From an uncultured Chloroflexia bacterium (GTDB taxonomy: Bacteria > Chloroflexota > Limnocylindria > Limnocylindrales > CSP1-4): a stretch of DNA of 64,000 nucleotides. Of this stretch, positions 1 to 9,750 are shown in pieces. The stretch is taken from positions 35,504-99,503 of the forward strand of contig CAVZML010000010.1 in the NCBI GenBank assembly GCA_963776395.1. Direction: 5' to 3'. Each line of letters opens with the position of its first letter. Position 1 is the stretch's first letter. The translations under genes were made by a program, and so were the position numbers. A model generated the notes under the pieces. It worked only from the letters and a program-made list of their open reading frames with translations, was not told the origin of the DNA and did no database searches.

Positions 1-1703
1 TGGCGGGTGGAGACGAGGGGCAGGATTCCGAGCAGGACGGGGACCGGAAAGCCACGTGGTCCGAAGCGGCGGCGGGCCTCGGACAGCATCGCCTCGACCT
101 GTTGCACGTCGTACAGCGGCTGCGTCATGACGAGATGCGCGCCCGCGGCGAGCTTGCGCTCCAGTCGCTCCCACTCCGTCGTCGTGTCGTCCGCCGTCGG
201 GTTCAGTGCCGCGGCGATCGTGAACGAGGCGGGCTGGCCGATCGGAGAGCCCGCCTGGTCCTCGCCCCGGTTGAGCCGGGTGAGGATCTCAACTAGGCCG
301 ATCGAGTCCACGTCCCAGACACCCGTGCCGGTCGGGTAGTCGCCAACACGCGGCGGGTCACCGGTGAGCGCCAGGATGTTCGTCACTCCCAGCGCGTGGG
401 CACCGAGGAGCTCCGACTCGAGGGCCATCAGGTTCCGGTCCCGGGTCGTGACATGGACCACGCACTCCAGGTCGAGAGCGTGCTGCACGCCGAATGCGAC
501 TGCCATCGCGCCCATGCGCACCCGGGCCATCGCCGAGTCCGAGATGTTGACGACGTCCGAGCCGGCGTCCCGCAGGAGGCGGGCGGCATCGATCGTGCGG
601 TCGATCCGGATGCTGCGGGGAGGGTCGATCTCGACCGAGATCACGAACCGGTGGTCCGCGAGGGCCCGCGCGAGCCTCGAGCCCGGCGCGGCGGCCTCGG
701 GCTCAGGGGTGGCGTCCGGCGCCGCGGTCCGCGGCGCGGGGATGACGATCGCGGGCGGGCGCACCACGGCGCCTGCGCGGGCCTGCGCGAGGCGGTCGTC
801 GGCGGTGGTCAGGGCGTCGAGGGCGGCCCGCATGGCCGCGATGTGGTCCGGCGTCGTGCCGCAGCAGCCGCCGATGATCCGAGCACCGCTCTCGAGGAGG
901 CGAGGCACGATCCGGCCGAAGTAGGCGGGCTCGGCCGCGTAGACGAAGCGGCCTTCGAGGCGTTGGGGAAGGCCTGCGTTGGGCATGATCGATCGGGCCG
1001 GCCCGCCGACCGCGGCTGGACCGAAGCCGTCCAGGGCGTCGATGCAGGCGAGGGGACCGGAGCCGCAGTTGACGCCGATGGCATCGACGCCGGCCGCCGC
1101 AAGGGCTGCCGCGGCCGTGGCCGGGGTCGTCCCGTCCGAGAGCACCAGGTCCTCGCCGAAGGTCAGCGACGCGATCACGGGAACGTCGGCAGCCCCGCGC
1201 GCCTCGTCCACCGCGAGCAGCAGGTGCGCGAGGTCGAAGAAGGTCTCGATCACGAGTAGATCGGCGCCGCCCTCGAGCAACCCCTCGATCTGCTCCCGGA
1301 AGGCGACACGGATCGTTGCCTCGTCGAGGTGGCGCAGCTCCCGCGTGGGTGGACCCAACGGGCCGATGCTGCCCCCGACCCACGCGTCCCGGCCGCCGAC
1401 GTCGCGGGCCTCCCGGGCGAGCTGGGCCGCGCGCCGGTTGAGGCGACCGGCCTCGGATCCCAGCCCGAAGCCGTCCAGGCGCACCCGGTTGGCGCCGAAG
1501 GTCAGCGTCTCGATCAGGTCGGCGCCGGCGTCGAGATACTCGCGGTGGATCGTCCCGACGAGGTCCGGGCGCGTGGCGGGAAGCTCGTCGAGGCAGGCTC
1601 GCTGAGGGATGCCCCGCGAGAAGAGCAATGTGCCCGTGCCGCCGTCTGCGAGGAGGGGCCGGCCGGCGAGTCGTGCAGCGAAGCGGGCGCGGGGCAGGCT
1701 CAT
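1..1703 (-). CDS. bifunctional homocysteine S-methyltransferase / methylenetetrahydrofolate reductase (YitJ-like); 3' end lies beyond the window
   Basis: Absent from the ORF track because it runs off the edge. My own minus-strand translation from the ATG at 1703-1701 gives MSLPRARFAARLAGRPLLADGGTGTLLF. It carries the Hcy-domain motif RIIGGCCGTTPDHI, then an MTHFR-like part (FVISVEIDPPR, ILALTGDPPRVGDYP). Confidence 0.8.
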   Translation of the reverse strand, partial: MSLPRARFAARLAGRPLLADGGTGTLLFSRGIPQRACLDELPATRPDLVGTIHREYLDAGADLIETLTFGANRVRLDGFGLGSEAGRLNRRAAQLAREARDVGGRDAWVGGSIGPLGPPTRELRHLDEATIRVAFREQIEGLLEGGADLLVIETFFDLAHLLLAVDEARGAADVPVIASLTFGEDLVLSDGTTPATAAAALAAAGVDAIGVNCGSGPLACIDALDGFGPAAVGGPARSIMPNAGLPQRLEGRFVYAAEPAYFGRIVPRLLESGARIIGGCCGTTPDHIAAMRAALDALTTADDRLAQARAGAVVRPPAIVIPAPRTAAPDATPEPEAAAPGSRLARALADHRFVISVEIDPPRSIRIDRTIDAARLLRDAGSDVVNISDSAMARVRMGAMAVAFGVQHALDLECVVHVTTRDRNLMALESELLGAHALGVTNILALTGDPPRVGDYPTGTGVWDVDSIGLVEILTRLNRGEDQAGSPIGQPASFTIAAALNPTADDTTTEWERLERKLAAGAHLVMTQPLYDVQQVEAMLSEARRRFGPRGFPVPVLLGILPLVSTR

Positions 1704-1798
1704 GACCGGCCAAGCCTATCTCAGCCATTGGCGCGGGGACCGCGCGCCAGCCCACGCGCCGGACAACCCGGCGCTACCTCCCGGGGGCGGTCATGGCG

Positions 1799-2194
1799 TC
1801 AGTCCTTGACGACCAGCCCGACGACGGCGGACAGGAGCCCGAGGAGGACGGACGCGATGACGGCCCCGACGACCGTGTCGGACGTGAACCCGCCCGCCGG
1901 CCAGCCGCCGATCGTGAAATCCAGCTTGGCCCAGTTGTCCGCGAGGTAGGCGACCCCGAGCAGCAGGCCCGCGTTGATCAGGATGCCGGCCAGCCCGAGG
2001 GTCATCAGCGAGATCGGGAAGGACAGGACCTTCACGATCGGCTTGATGACGGCGTTCACGACGCCGACCGCGCCCGCCAGCAACGCCAGCTGCAGGGGCT
2101 CGCCGGTGAACTCGATCAGGGAGGACGGGAGGATCTTCAGCAGGATCACGAAGGCGATGGCCGAGGCCAGGATCGCGAGGATGAAACCCTTCAC
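1799..2194 (-). CDS. holin-family-4-like small membrane protein (4 TM)
   Basis: C-terminal 131 aa of ORF 1799..2395 (VKGFILAILASAIAFV...NAVIKPIVKVLSFPISLMTLGLAGILINAGLLLGVAYL). GTG start at 2194 is preceded by GGAGGA. The upstream part of the ORF is R-rich shadow. Confidence 0.6.
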   Translation of the reverse strand: MKGFILAILASAIAFVILLKILPSSLIEFTGEPLQLALLAGAVGVVNAVIKPIVKVLSFPISLMTLGLAGILINAGLLLGVAYLADNWAKLDFTIGGWPAGGFTSDTVVGAVIASVLLGLLSAVVGLVVKD

Positions 2195-2288
2195 GCCAGA
2201 TCCTCCGAGCGATGGGCAATGCCGACGCCGACGACGGTTGGCCGGACGCTGGTGCCGATGATCGCAGATGAACCGACGGCGGGAGGTG

Positions 2289-2468
2289 CTATCGGCCGTT
2301 CCAGTGCCAGCGGACGTCGTCCTCCTCCTGGACCCCGTCGGGGCGGTCCCGGCGGACAGGGTGGAGGATGTGCGCGATGATCGGCGGGCCCCCACCTGCC
2401 TTGCCGACGACCCACAGCGAGAAGGCCATCAGGACGACGATGCCAACCAGGGCGTCCGGGTGTGTCAT
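2289..2468 (-). CDS. small hypothetical membrane protein (59 aa)
   Basis: ATG at 2468 inside ORF 2289..2645. Sequence MTHPDALVGIVVLMAFSLWVVGKAGGGPPII has one TM helix. No family recognised. Confidence 0.4.
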   Translation of the reverse strand: MTHPDALVGIVVLMAFSLWVVGKAGGGPPIIAHILHPVRRDRPDGVQEEDDVRWHWNGR

Positions 2469-2626
2469 GGGCGCAGCGTTGCACCGGGGCGTGGCAGGGT
2501 CAAGTGCCGCGGGTGAGGCTTGTCGTCGGGTGAGGCTGCGGGTGAGGGGGCAGCATCGTGCCGCGCGCAGCGTTCGTCGCTGGCCGCGTCTGTCCTGCGT
2601 CGCGCTTTGTCGCCGCGGATGGCGGG

Positions 2627-2632
2627 TAGACT
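2627..2632 (+). promoter_or_regulatory. -10-like hexamer TAGACT upstream of the DUF885 gene
   Basis: TAGACT lies about 35 nt before the GTG at 2666. GGGAGA Shine-Dalgarno at about 2650. Three GGGTGAGG direct repeats at about 2505-2545 lie upstream. The same TAGACT hexamer recurs at 37712, 46394 and 58027. Confidence 0.4.
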
Positions 2633-2665
2633 CGGGCCGACCCATCGCACTCGGGAGACCCCACC

Positions 2666-4426
2666 GTGACCGCGTTCGCCGACCACGTCGCGCTGTTCCT
2701 CGAGGATCTGTTCGCGCTGCAGCCGAACGTCGCCACCGCCATCGGCGATCACCGCTACGACGAGCGCTGGCCCGACATGACCGAGACCGGCCGCCAGGCG
2801 AGGCTCGCGTTCCTGGACCGCTGGACGGCGACCTTCGCAGGGGCCGGCGCCGGCCCGCTCACGGCCGACGAGCGCATCGACCGCGACCTGGTCCTGGGCG
2901 AGCTTGCGGAGATGCGCTTCGCAGACGCCGAGCTGCGAGAGGAGACGTGGGACCCCATGGCGTGGGTCTACCTGCTGGGAATGGGCCTCCTGCCGCTCAT
3001 CACCCGGGAGTTCGCACCGCTCCACGTCCGGCTGGCCTCCGTTGCGGGCCGCCTCGAGGGCATTCCGCGGATCATCGAGGAAGCCCGGGTGACGCTTGGC
3101 TCCGGCCCGCGGCCCATCGCCCGCCTTCATGCGGAGGTCGCCGGACGGCGGATCGCGGGGGTCGCGGACCTTGGCCGTGACGCGGTGGCGATCGCGGAGG
3201 CCGCCGCCTCGGACGACGCGGATGTCGCCGCAGTGCTGCCACGCCTGCGGGCGGCCGTCGCCACGGCCGCGACAGCCCTCGAGGCGATCGGCAACCACCT
3301 GGCGGCCGACGTCGCGCCCTCGGCCACGGGCGATGCCGCTCTGGGCTATGACCTGTTCGCCGCCAAGCTGCGTCATACCCTGCGGGACCCGGACGTCACG
3401 CCGGAGGCCGTCCTGGCGCACGCCGAGGCCGAGTTCGCTGCCGTCCGCGCGGAGATGGTCCGCATCGCACGCGAGATCTGGCCGCGGTGGCGCCCCGGCG
3501 AACCGGCCCCGAACGACGAGGGCGAGCTCGTCCGCGGGACGCTCGACGCGATCGCTGACGATCACCCGGAGGGCGACGCGATGGTCGCGTTCTGCCGCGA
3601 CGAGCTCGGCCGCATCGAGGCGTTCTGCCGTGATCTGGGCGTGATCGGCCTCGTGGACGAACCCCTCGAGATCGAGTGGATGCCGGAGTTCATGCGGTCG
3701 TACGCCACTGCGATGCTGGACTCGCCCGGGCCGCTGGACATTGGCCAGAAGACGTTCTTTGCCATCACCCCGCCCCGGGCGGACTGGACGGCCGACGAGG
3801 TCGAGTCGTACCTGCGCGAGATGAATGTGCGCCAGCTCCGGCTGCTCACGATCCACGAGGCCGTGCCCGGCCACTACCTCCAGATGGCGTACGCGAACAG
3901 AGGCAGCTCGCTCGCGCGCCGAGTGTTTCGGTCGGGGCTCTTCGCGGAGGGGTGGGCGGTCTACGTGACGCAGGTGCTGCTCGACCGTGGCTACGGCGCA
4001 CGACGACCCGGCCCTGTGGCTCGTCCACTGGAAGTTCTACCTGCGGACCGTCGCCAACGCGATCCTCGACGTCCGCATCCATACCATGGGCATGACGAGC
4101 GAGGAGGCGATCAACGCTCATGGTTGACGGCGCGTTCCAGGAGCGTGCCGAGGCGCTCGCCAAGGACGAGCGCGCGCGCCTCACCGCCACCCAACTGTCC
4201 ACGTACTTCCTGGGTTCGCTCGGGATGTGGGACCTGGAGGACGCGGCCCGGCGCCGAGCCGCGACGACGGCAGGGGCCGGTGCCGACGCGGTGCCTTCGC
4301 CGAGAGTGGTCGGCGGCTACCCGACCACGCCCGGGTTCGACGAGCGGGCGCACCTCGAGGCGGTCATCGCGCACGGTGCCCCACCGATCCCTATCCTGCG
4401 CCGCATCCTTCTCGGGGAGCGAGTGA
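2666..4426 (+). pseudogene. DUF885-family protein, interrupted by at least two +1 frameshifts
   Basis: Frame 2 is good to about 4000 (HEAVPGHYLQMAY...LLDRGYG). The homologous continuation DDPALWLVHWKFYLRTVANAILDVRIHTMGMTSEEAIN is in frame 0 (4002-4118). MVDGAFQERAEALAKDERARLTATQLSTYFLG...PPIPILRRILLG is in frame 1 (4120 on), with no nearby stop in that frame. Confidence 0.8.
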
Positions 4427-4512
4427 GAGGGAGGCCACCAGCGGGGCGCGGTGCCGGCCCAGGCTCCTGGGGAGCTGGGGATAGGGTCGATCTGCGCCCT
4501 GGGGATCCCGGT

Positions 4513-4548
4513 CCGCCCGCTGTCCGCCTTTCGGCGGATGGGCGGCGG
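4513..4548 (+). terminator. terminator-like stem-loop after DUF885
   Basis: CCGCCC-gctg-TCCGCC tttc GGCGGA-tg-GGGCGG gives two 6-bp helices. There is no clean U-tract, only gtgatcgtttc. Confidence 0.35.
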
Positions 4549-4775
4549 CGTGATCGTTTCATGTGCGTGCACAGGCGATACGCCGGCCCGGGTGGTTCGG
4601 TGAGCCGGCTTCCGGACCGGGATGCACTCCGTACGTGCATCAGCGCGGACATCGGCCGCCGCGACCGGCACTCGATTAAGGCCGAAGGGCACCTGATCGA
4701 TGGGCTTCCCGCGCACGTGCACATGGAACGAGCCTGCAGGGACCCGATGCGCACGCCGGCGGGCACCGGGTCGGG

Positions 4776-7700
4776 TCAGCCTGCCTTGCGACCGCCCTTG
4801 CCCATGCCCTTGGACTTCCCCTTGCCCTTCGCGTCCGGCTTCTTCTTCGGCTTCTTCTTCGCCCTGCCGGCGGGCTCGGCCGGCGACTTGGCAGCGGATA
4901 AGTCGATGGCCGGCTCCGGCCCTGGCTCCGGCCCCGTGACGGGCTCTGGCCCCGACTCACGCCCCGGGACCGGCCCCGACCCCGGCTCCGCTGCTGTGGG
5001 CAACCCCGGGTCTACGACACGCTCCTGACCCGTGACGGCATCGGCCGCGGGGGCCAGCGCCTCGCGCAGGCGATCCACGCGATAGCCCGAGATCTCGATC
5101 GCAGCCTCGATGACGGCCCGGACCTCTTGCAGCGCGGCCGCAGACGCATCGGGCGTACGGGATACCTCCGGCGCAGCGGACTCACCTGGCGCAAGGGCCT
5201 CACCAGGAGCAAGGGCCTCACCAGGCGCAAGGATCGTCTCGAGGCGGTCCACCCACGCGAGGAGCTCCGCAAACGACTCGCCGTGGAACCAGTCCACGCC
5301 ATCCCAGCGATTGACCCGCAGGAATGGCCGGGCGACGGGGTGGAGGAGCCATGCGTCGACGGCGCCGGCGGCGACCGCCTCGGGCGTCCCGTCGAGTGAC
5401 GACGGCAGCGGAAGGTCCAGGAGCAGGCGGACGCGTTCAGCGGCCCACCATGCGGCGGCCTCGTCGAGGCCCCGGGAGCGCAAGGCGTCCGCGACCACCG
5501 GCGACAGCCTCAGCTCCTCGTACCAGGCCCGCGCCGTCGGGCCGGCCATCGCGCCCGCGGGCAACGTGCCCAGCGGTGCGAGGAGCGTCCAGAGGCCGAG
5601 CGCCGCCACCTGCGACGGGTCCTCGATCGAGGCGACGACCGGCTCGGCCATCGCCGCGCGCTCGACAATCAGGTCAACGACGCCGGCCTGGTCGCCGGCG
5701 GTGCCGGTCGTGTCCGCGATCGCCGCGACGAGGGCTCTCGCGCCGGCCCGGTCGGGATCCTCGATCATCGCCCGCAGCGCGGCGTGGACCGGCCCCAGCT
5801 GCTGGTCGCGCAGCGCCTCCTCGAGCGACGGCACGCCACGGCCCTCCAGGCGTTCCGCGAGGCGCCGCCAGACGTGGGCGCTGTCGTGGAGCTCCCGCAG
5901 ATCCCACAGCACCCGCGTGTCGTAGGCGTGCAATGCCAGGTGGAGGCCGTGCTCACGGATCTCGGCGACGGAACGGAGGTATTCGAGGCCGGAACGCTGC
6001 TCGCGGTACGCCAGCCAGTGGTCGTCGGCCGGACCGTCGACCAGCCCCAGCGCGTCGGCGAGGGTGCGCCGGACGAGCCGCTTGGAGCCGTCCTCGTCCT
6101 TGACCGCGTAGGCGGCCGAGTCCCTGATCCACCCGGACGAATCGCCGTAGCGGTTGTGATAGACGACCAGGGACCGTGCCCCGCCCGTCCCGTTCGAGAA
6201 CGCGAACACGTTCTCGTCCACCCCGCCCGCATCGTGGTCGAAGTCGTATAGGAGGAAGTCCCGCGCCTCCGCGAAGTCACCCCGCCGGTGGAGCAATGGC
6301 ACGATCTCGCGCTCGTGGCGGGCAACCAGCCACTCGTCCACGTGCTCGTCCATCGCCGCCCGGCGGAACTCCATGCCGTACTTCTCGGCGAAGCCCTCGA
6401 ACTGGCCGTGACCGAACATCGGCAGCCCGGGGAGCGTCGCGAGCAGCGTGGCCACGCCGACGTACTTGTCGCCCTTGCCGAACTGCTCGACGGCCGTCTT
6501 CTCGTCCGGGTTGTTCATGAAGTTGACGTAGCGCTTGAGGATCTCCGGGTCGAACTCCAGGGTCTCCTTGAGCACGCGCCGGTAGCCCGCGTTGTCCTCG
6601 TCCCGCAGCATGTGCATGAAGGCGCTGTTGTAGACGCGATGCATGCCGAGCGTGCGGACGAAGTAGCCCTCCAGCATCCAGAAGGCCTCGGCGAGGAGCA
6701 GCGTGTCCGGGACCTCGGTCGCCACCCGGTCCACCACCTCGCGCCAGAACTCCTCGGGCATGGCGGCGTCGAACTCGGCCTGGGTCATCGTGCCGTACTC
6801 GGCGCGTGACGGTATCCCGCCGCCGCCCTCACCCGGGCCGGGGAACCAGAGCCGCCGGACGTGGCGCTTCGCCAGCACCATCGCGGCGTCGAAGCGGATG
6901 ACGGGGAAGCGCCGGGCGACGGCGAGGATCGTCTGGATCACCTGCTCGCGGACCGATGCCTGGCTGAAGTCCAGCTGGGCGGTGTCGTTCCAGGGGAAGC
7001 TGGTGCCGTCGTTGCCGTGGTAGATGTATCGCCGCTCGCCGGTCCAGCGGTCGCGCCACTCGAAGCTCACCGCCGCGTCGCTGTTGTCCCAGTAGTGATC
7101 CTCGAGACGCACCTCCACCCGGTCGTGCTCGGCGATGTTCTGGCCGCCGAAGGTGTAGGCGGGGTAGGGCGGCTCCGGCGTGGACAGGAACCACTCCGGG
7201 TGATCGATGACCCAGCGCGAGTCGATGCCCATGTGGTTGGGGACCATGTCGGACGCGAGCCGGATGCCGCGGGCCCAGGCGCGGTGCCGCAGGTTGGCCC
7301 ACGCCTCCTCGCCGCCCAGGTCCCACGCGATGGCGTAGTCGTCGAGCGAGTAGGCCGACGCCGCCGCGTCGGGGTTCCCGCGCCAGACCTTGATGCGCTG
7401 CGACGCCTTCGAGCGCTCCCACAGGCCGATGAGCCACAGGCCGGTGATTCCCCAGCGCGCCAGCCGGTCCAGCTCCCCGTCCGGGATCGCGTCGAGCGTC
7501 CGGATCTCATAGCCGTACCGTCGCGACAGCTGGTCCAGCCAGACGTGGGTGCTCTTGGCGATCAGCACCAGCCTCGGCATCCAGGCGGAGTCGCTGGAGA
7601 AGCGCTCGGGCTCCGCCTCCAGGCCCGCCAGGCTCGGCGCCTCCCCGTGGCCGCCGCCTCCGCCATCTCCGCCCCCACCGAACCGCAGGTGAAGCCCCCG

Positions 7701-8417
7701 CTCCTCCTCCGAGATGACGTCGATGGTCAGCAGGAGGCGGTCCAGGAGGGCCTCGAGCGCGGCGCCCAGGAGCGAGCTCCAATGCTCGCGGACGTACCGA
7801 AGCTGGCCGGCAAGCGACGTGGGATACGCGCGCGCCGGAGCCCGCAGGAGCTCGACCAGGGTCTCCCCGTTGGGGCCGATGGGCGCGAGGGCCGCGTGGT
7901 AGGCCTCCAGCGAGGCCATTGCGGCTTCGCGCTCCTCACGTGGGAGCGGCGAATCGTCGATCAGGTCCCGGAGCGGACGCGCCGCCGGGTTCTCGTTCGC
8001 GATCCGGACGAGCATCAGCTCCTCGAGACGGACCGGCTCTGGCTCGCCGTCGACGTCCGGAAACTCGTCTCCGACCGCACCGAGCAGCTCGTCCAGCTCC
8101 GGCTCGCCGACCCGCTCCTCGACGGCCTCGGTCGCTGCCGGCATCCCGGCCGCGGGCTCCAGCTCCCCGGCCCGCTCGACGAGCAGGTGGAAGATCTCGT
8201 GCAGGAGCTCGAGGGCGGCGAGCTCGCCCGCCTGGGCACTGGGCTCCCCGGGCCGTCTCGTGGCGTTGACCGCGGCGGCAACGCGGCGCGCGGCCGGGAG
8301 ATTCGCCGCGACGCGCGACGCGGCCCCAGTGCGGGCCGCGGTCGTCGGCGGGACCTCCGCGGCGACATCGAGGCGGAAACGCCTGCGGGCGGTGGTCGAG
8401 ATCGGCAGGGCTCGCAT
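4776..8417 (-). CDS. large alpha-amylase-family (GH13-like) protein with polybasic C-terminal tail
   Basis: 1213-aa ORF. GH13-like regions DMVPNHMG, VIRFDAAMV, LLLAEAFW and NFMNNPDE. Internal LAPGEA x3 and GPEP repeats. Ends in AKKKPKKKPDAKGKGKSKGMGKGGRKAG. Confidence 0.8.
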   Translation of the reverse strand: MRALPISTTARRRFRLDVAAEVPPTTAARTGAASRVAANLPAARRVAAAVNATRRPGEPSAQAGELAALELLHEIFHLLVERAGELEPAAGMPAATEAVEERVGEPELDELLGAVGDEFPDVDGEPEPVRLEELMLVRIANENPAARPLRDLIDDSPLPREEREAAMASLEAYHAALAPIGPNGETLVELLRAPARAYPTSLAGQLRYVREHWSSLLGAALEALLDRLLLTIDVISEEERGLHLRFGGGGDGGGGGHGEAPSLAGLEAEPERFSSDSAWMPRLVLIAKSTHVWLDQLSRRYGYEIRTLDAIPDGELDRLARWGITGLWLIGLWERSKASQRIKVWRGNPDAAASAYSLDDYAIAWDLGGEEAWANLRHRAWARGIRLASDMVPNHMGIDSRWVIDHPEWFLSTPEPPYPAYTFGGQNIAEHDRVEVRLEDHYWDNSDAAVSFEWRDRWTGERRYIYHGNDGTSFPWNDTAQLDFSQASVREQVIQTILAVARRFPVIRFDAAMVLAKRHVRRLWFPGPGEGGGGIPSRAEYGTMTQAEFDAAMPEEFWREVVDRVATEVPDTLLLAEAFWMLEGYFVRTLGMHRVYNSAFMHMLRDEDNAGYRRVLKETLEFDPEILKRYVNFMNNPDEKTAVEQFGKGDKYVGVATLLATLPGLPMFGHGQFEGFAEKYGMEFRRAAMDEHVDEWLVARHEREIVPLLHRRGDFAEARDFLLYDFDHDAGGVDENVFAFSNGTGGARSLVVYHNRYGDSSGWIRDSAAYAVKDEDGSKRLVRRTLADALGLVDGPADDHWLAYREQRSGLEYLRSVAEIREHGLHLALHAYDTRVLWDLRELHDSAHVWRRLAERLEGRGVPSLEEALRDQQLGPVHAALRAMIEDPDRAGARALVAAIADTTGTAGDQAGVVDLIVERAAMAEPVVASIEDPSQVAALGLWTLLAPLGTLPAGAMAGPTARAWYEELRLSPVVADALRSRGLDEAAAWWAAERVRLLLDLPLPSSLDGTPEAVAAGAVDAWLLHPVARPFLRVNRWDGVDWFHGESFAELLAWVDRLETILAPGEALAPGEALAPGESAAPEVSRTPDASAAALQEVRAVIEAAIEISGYRVDRLREALAPAADAVTGQERVVDPGLPTAAEPGSGPVPGRESGPEPVTGPEPGPEPAIDLSAAKSPAEPAGRAKKKPKKKPDAKGKGKSKGMGKGGRKAG

Positions 8418-8513
8418 GCGCCCAGTTTCGCACCTTCGGGTGGCGGCCGGACCCGGTGCCGCGCGTCGTTCGCGGCCCTCGGCCGACGCTCCGCAGACCC
8501 CTGGCCAGCCGCC

Positions 8514-9671
8514 TCAGCGCGCGGACGCCTGCGGGTCGAGACCCCCGTCGAGCTCCGCGTCGACATACCCGTCGAGCTCCGCGTCGAGATGCCCGTCCGC
8601 CTCGGTGCTCCGGGCCGAGGCGAGGGCCCCCACGTCGCCGGCGCCGACGCGCTCCAGCGCCCGCCGCAGCAGCTCGAAGCCGGCCGGGTCGAACTCGTAG
8701 CTCCACTCACGGAGCCGCTCCGGCCGCTCGAACCGGGACTCGAGGCCGAGGGCCATGGCCTCCCTCGAGAGCAGGATCAGGGTCGCCTCCCGGTCGACCT
8801 GGTCGAGCTCGGGCTCGGTATGGGCGACGGCGGAGATGATCTCCACCCCGGACGCCCCCGCGAGCGACAGGACCTCGGCGATGTTGTCCACGCCGCGATG
8901 CGACCCGCAGACGACGCCGACACGGGCGCCCGGCGGCAGCCCCGCGATCTCGTGGACGAGCGACATGTAGCCCGGACCCACCAGCATCGCCACCACCGGC
9001 ACCCGCCCGGCGACGTAGGCCTGCGCCTCGTCCGCGTGGAACGTCGTCGTGGCGACCAGGTCGTAGTGGTACCGGTCGAGGCGCTCGGGGAGCTCGTCGA
9101 GGAGCACGGGGATGACCTCGATGCGCTCGGGGAACGCCTCGGTGATCCTTTCCGCGTCCACCTTGGCGTCGGCCGTCGTGCACTCGGCGAACAGCAGGCG
9201 GACGTGCGGCCCGGGCCGCTTGCGGTCGGTCGCGGCGGTGAACATCGCTTGGGACACCTCGTCCGGGGTGAACCCCAGCTGGGCGGCCCGGCGCAGCGTC
9301 TCCGCCACGATGCCAGCCAGGGCCTGTCCGCCCCGCCGCACCGGCGGCCGGTCCACGACCCGCGTCCCGGCACCGTGCCGCCCCACGACGTAGCCCGCAT
9401 CGGCCAGCCTGCGGTAGACGGCCCGAACCGTGTTCGGGTTCACGCGAAGCGCGGCGCCCAGCTCCCGGACCGGGGGCAGGCGGGTGCCGGGCTGCAGCCG
9501 CGCGGACTCGATCTGGTAGGCGAGCTGCCAGTAGATCTGGGTCGAGATCGGGACGTCGGAGTCGCGCTCGATGTCGAGCTCGTGACCTCCGGCAGGTCCC
9601 GGCGCCGCGACGGGGGGCCGTTCGGCGGGCCGTTCGGCGGGCGGTAGGGGGCCGTTCCGGCTACTTGACAT
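8514..9671 (-). CDS. GntR-family transcriptional regulator with a roughly 250-aa C-terminal effector-type domain
   Basis: The wHTH region reads LPPVRELGAALRVNPNTVRAVYRRLADAGYV. ATG at 9671 is preferred over TTG at 9686. The C-terminal DAELDGYV duplication comes from 24-nt DNA repeats. Confidence 0.8.
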   Translation of the reverse strand: MSSSRNGPLPPAERPAERPPVAAPGPAGGHELDIERDSDVPISTQIYWQLAYQIESARLQPGTRLPPVRELGAALRVNPNTVRAVYRRLADAGYVVGRHGAGTRVVDRPPVRRGGQALAGIVAETLRRAAQLGFTPDEVSQAMFTAATDRKRPGPHVRLLFAECTTADAKVDAERITEAFPERIEVIPVLLDELPERLDRYHYDLVATTTFHADEAQAYVAGRVPVVAMLVGPGYMSLVHEIAGLPPGARVGVVCGSHRGVDNIAEVLSLAGASGVEIISAVAHTEPELDQVDREATLILLSREAMALGLESRFERPERLREWSYEFDPAGFELLRRALERVGAGDVGALASARSTEADGHLDAELDGYVDAELDGGLDPQASAR

Positions 9672-9720
9672 AGTTGAGTAGTCCAACTATCGTTCGTCTT
9701 GGCCTAGTTGACTATATCAA
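9671..9720. promoter_or_regulatory. GntR-type operator palindromes in an AT-rich divergent promoter
   Basis: TAGTTG-agtagtc-CAACTA at 9671-9689, and TAGTTGACTA (TAGT-tg-ACTA) at 9705-9714. This is the only AT-rich patch in the region and it abuts the GntR start. Confidence 0.55.
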
Positions 9721-9750
9721 TCACACGAACCTGAAGAAACGGTCGGTCCA

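Noticed and set aside
1704-1798. SAM or cobalamin riboswitch ahead of the methionine-cycle gene
   Set aside because: The spacer is only 95 nt. It lacks the B12 box and SAM-I/IV core motifs. Only generic GC hairpins are present.
4590-4625. SRP (4.5S) RNA, suggested by GGTCCGGAAGCC on the minus strand
   Set aside because: The sequence after the GGAA loop (GCCGGCTCACC) does not match the conserved GGAAGCAGCC helix-8 motif, and no matching 5' strand is present.
6861-9647. Long antisense ORFs. Examples are 6861..9647 +, 703..1755 -, 12044..13924 +, 13617..15851 +, 23543..25450 -, 36257..37666 +, 38116..40743 +, 38390..40756 -, 46181..48142 -, 52847..55156 +, 57850..59412 - and 61984..63996 -.
   Set aside because: All are Arg/Gly/Pro/Asp-rich with no recognisable motifs. 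Each lies opposite or out of frame to a gene with clear family signatures. They are artefacts of stop-codon scarcity at about 70% GC.
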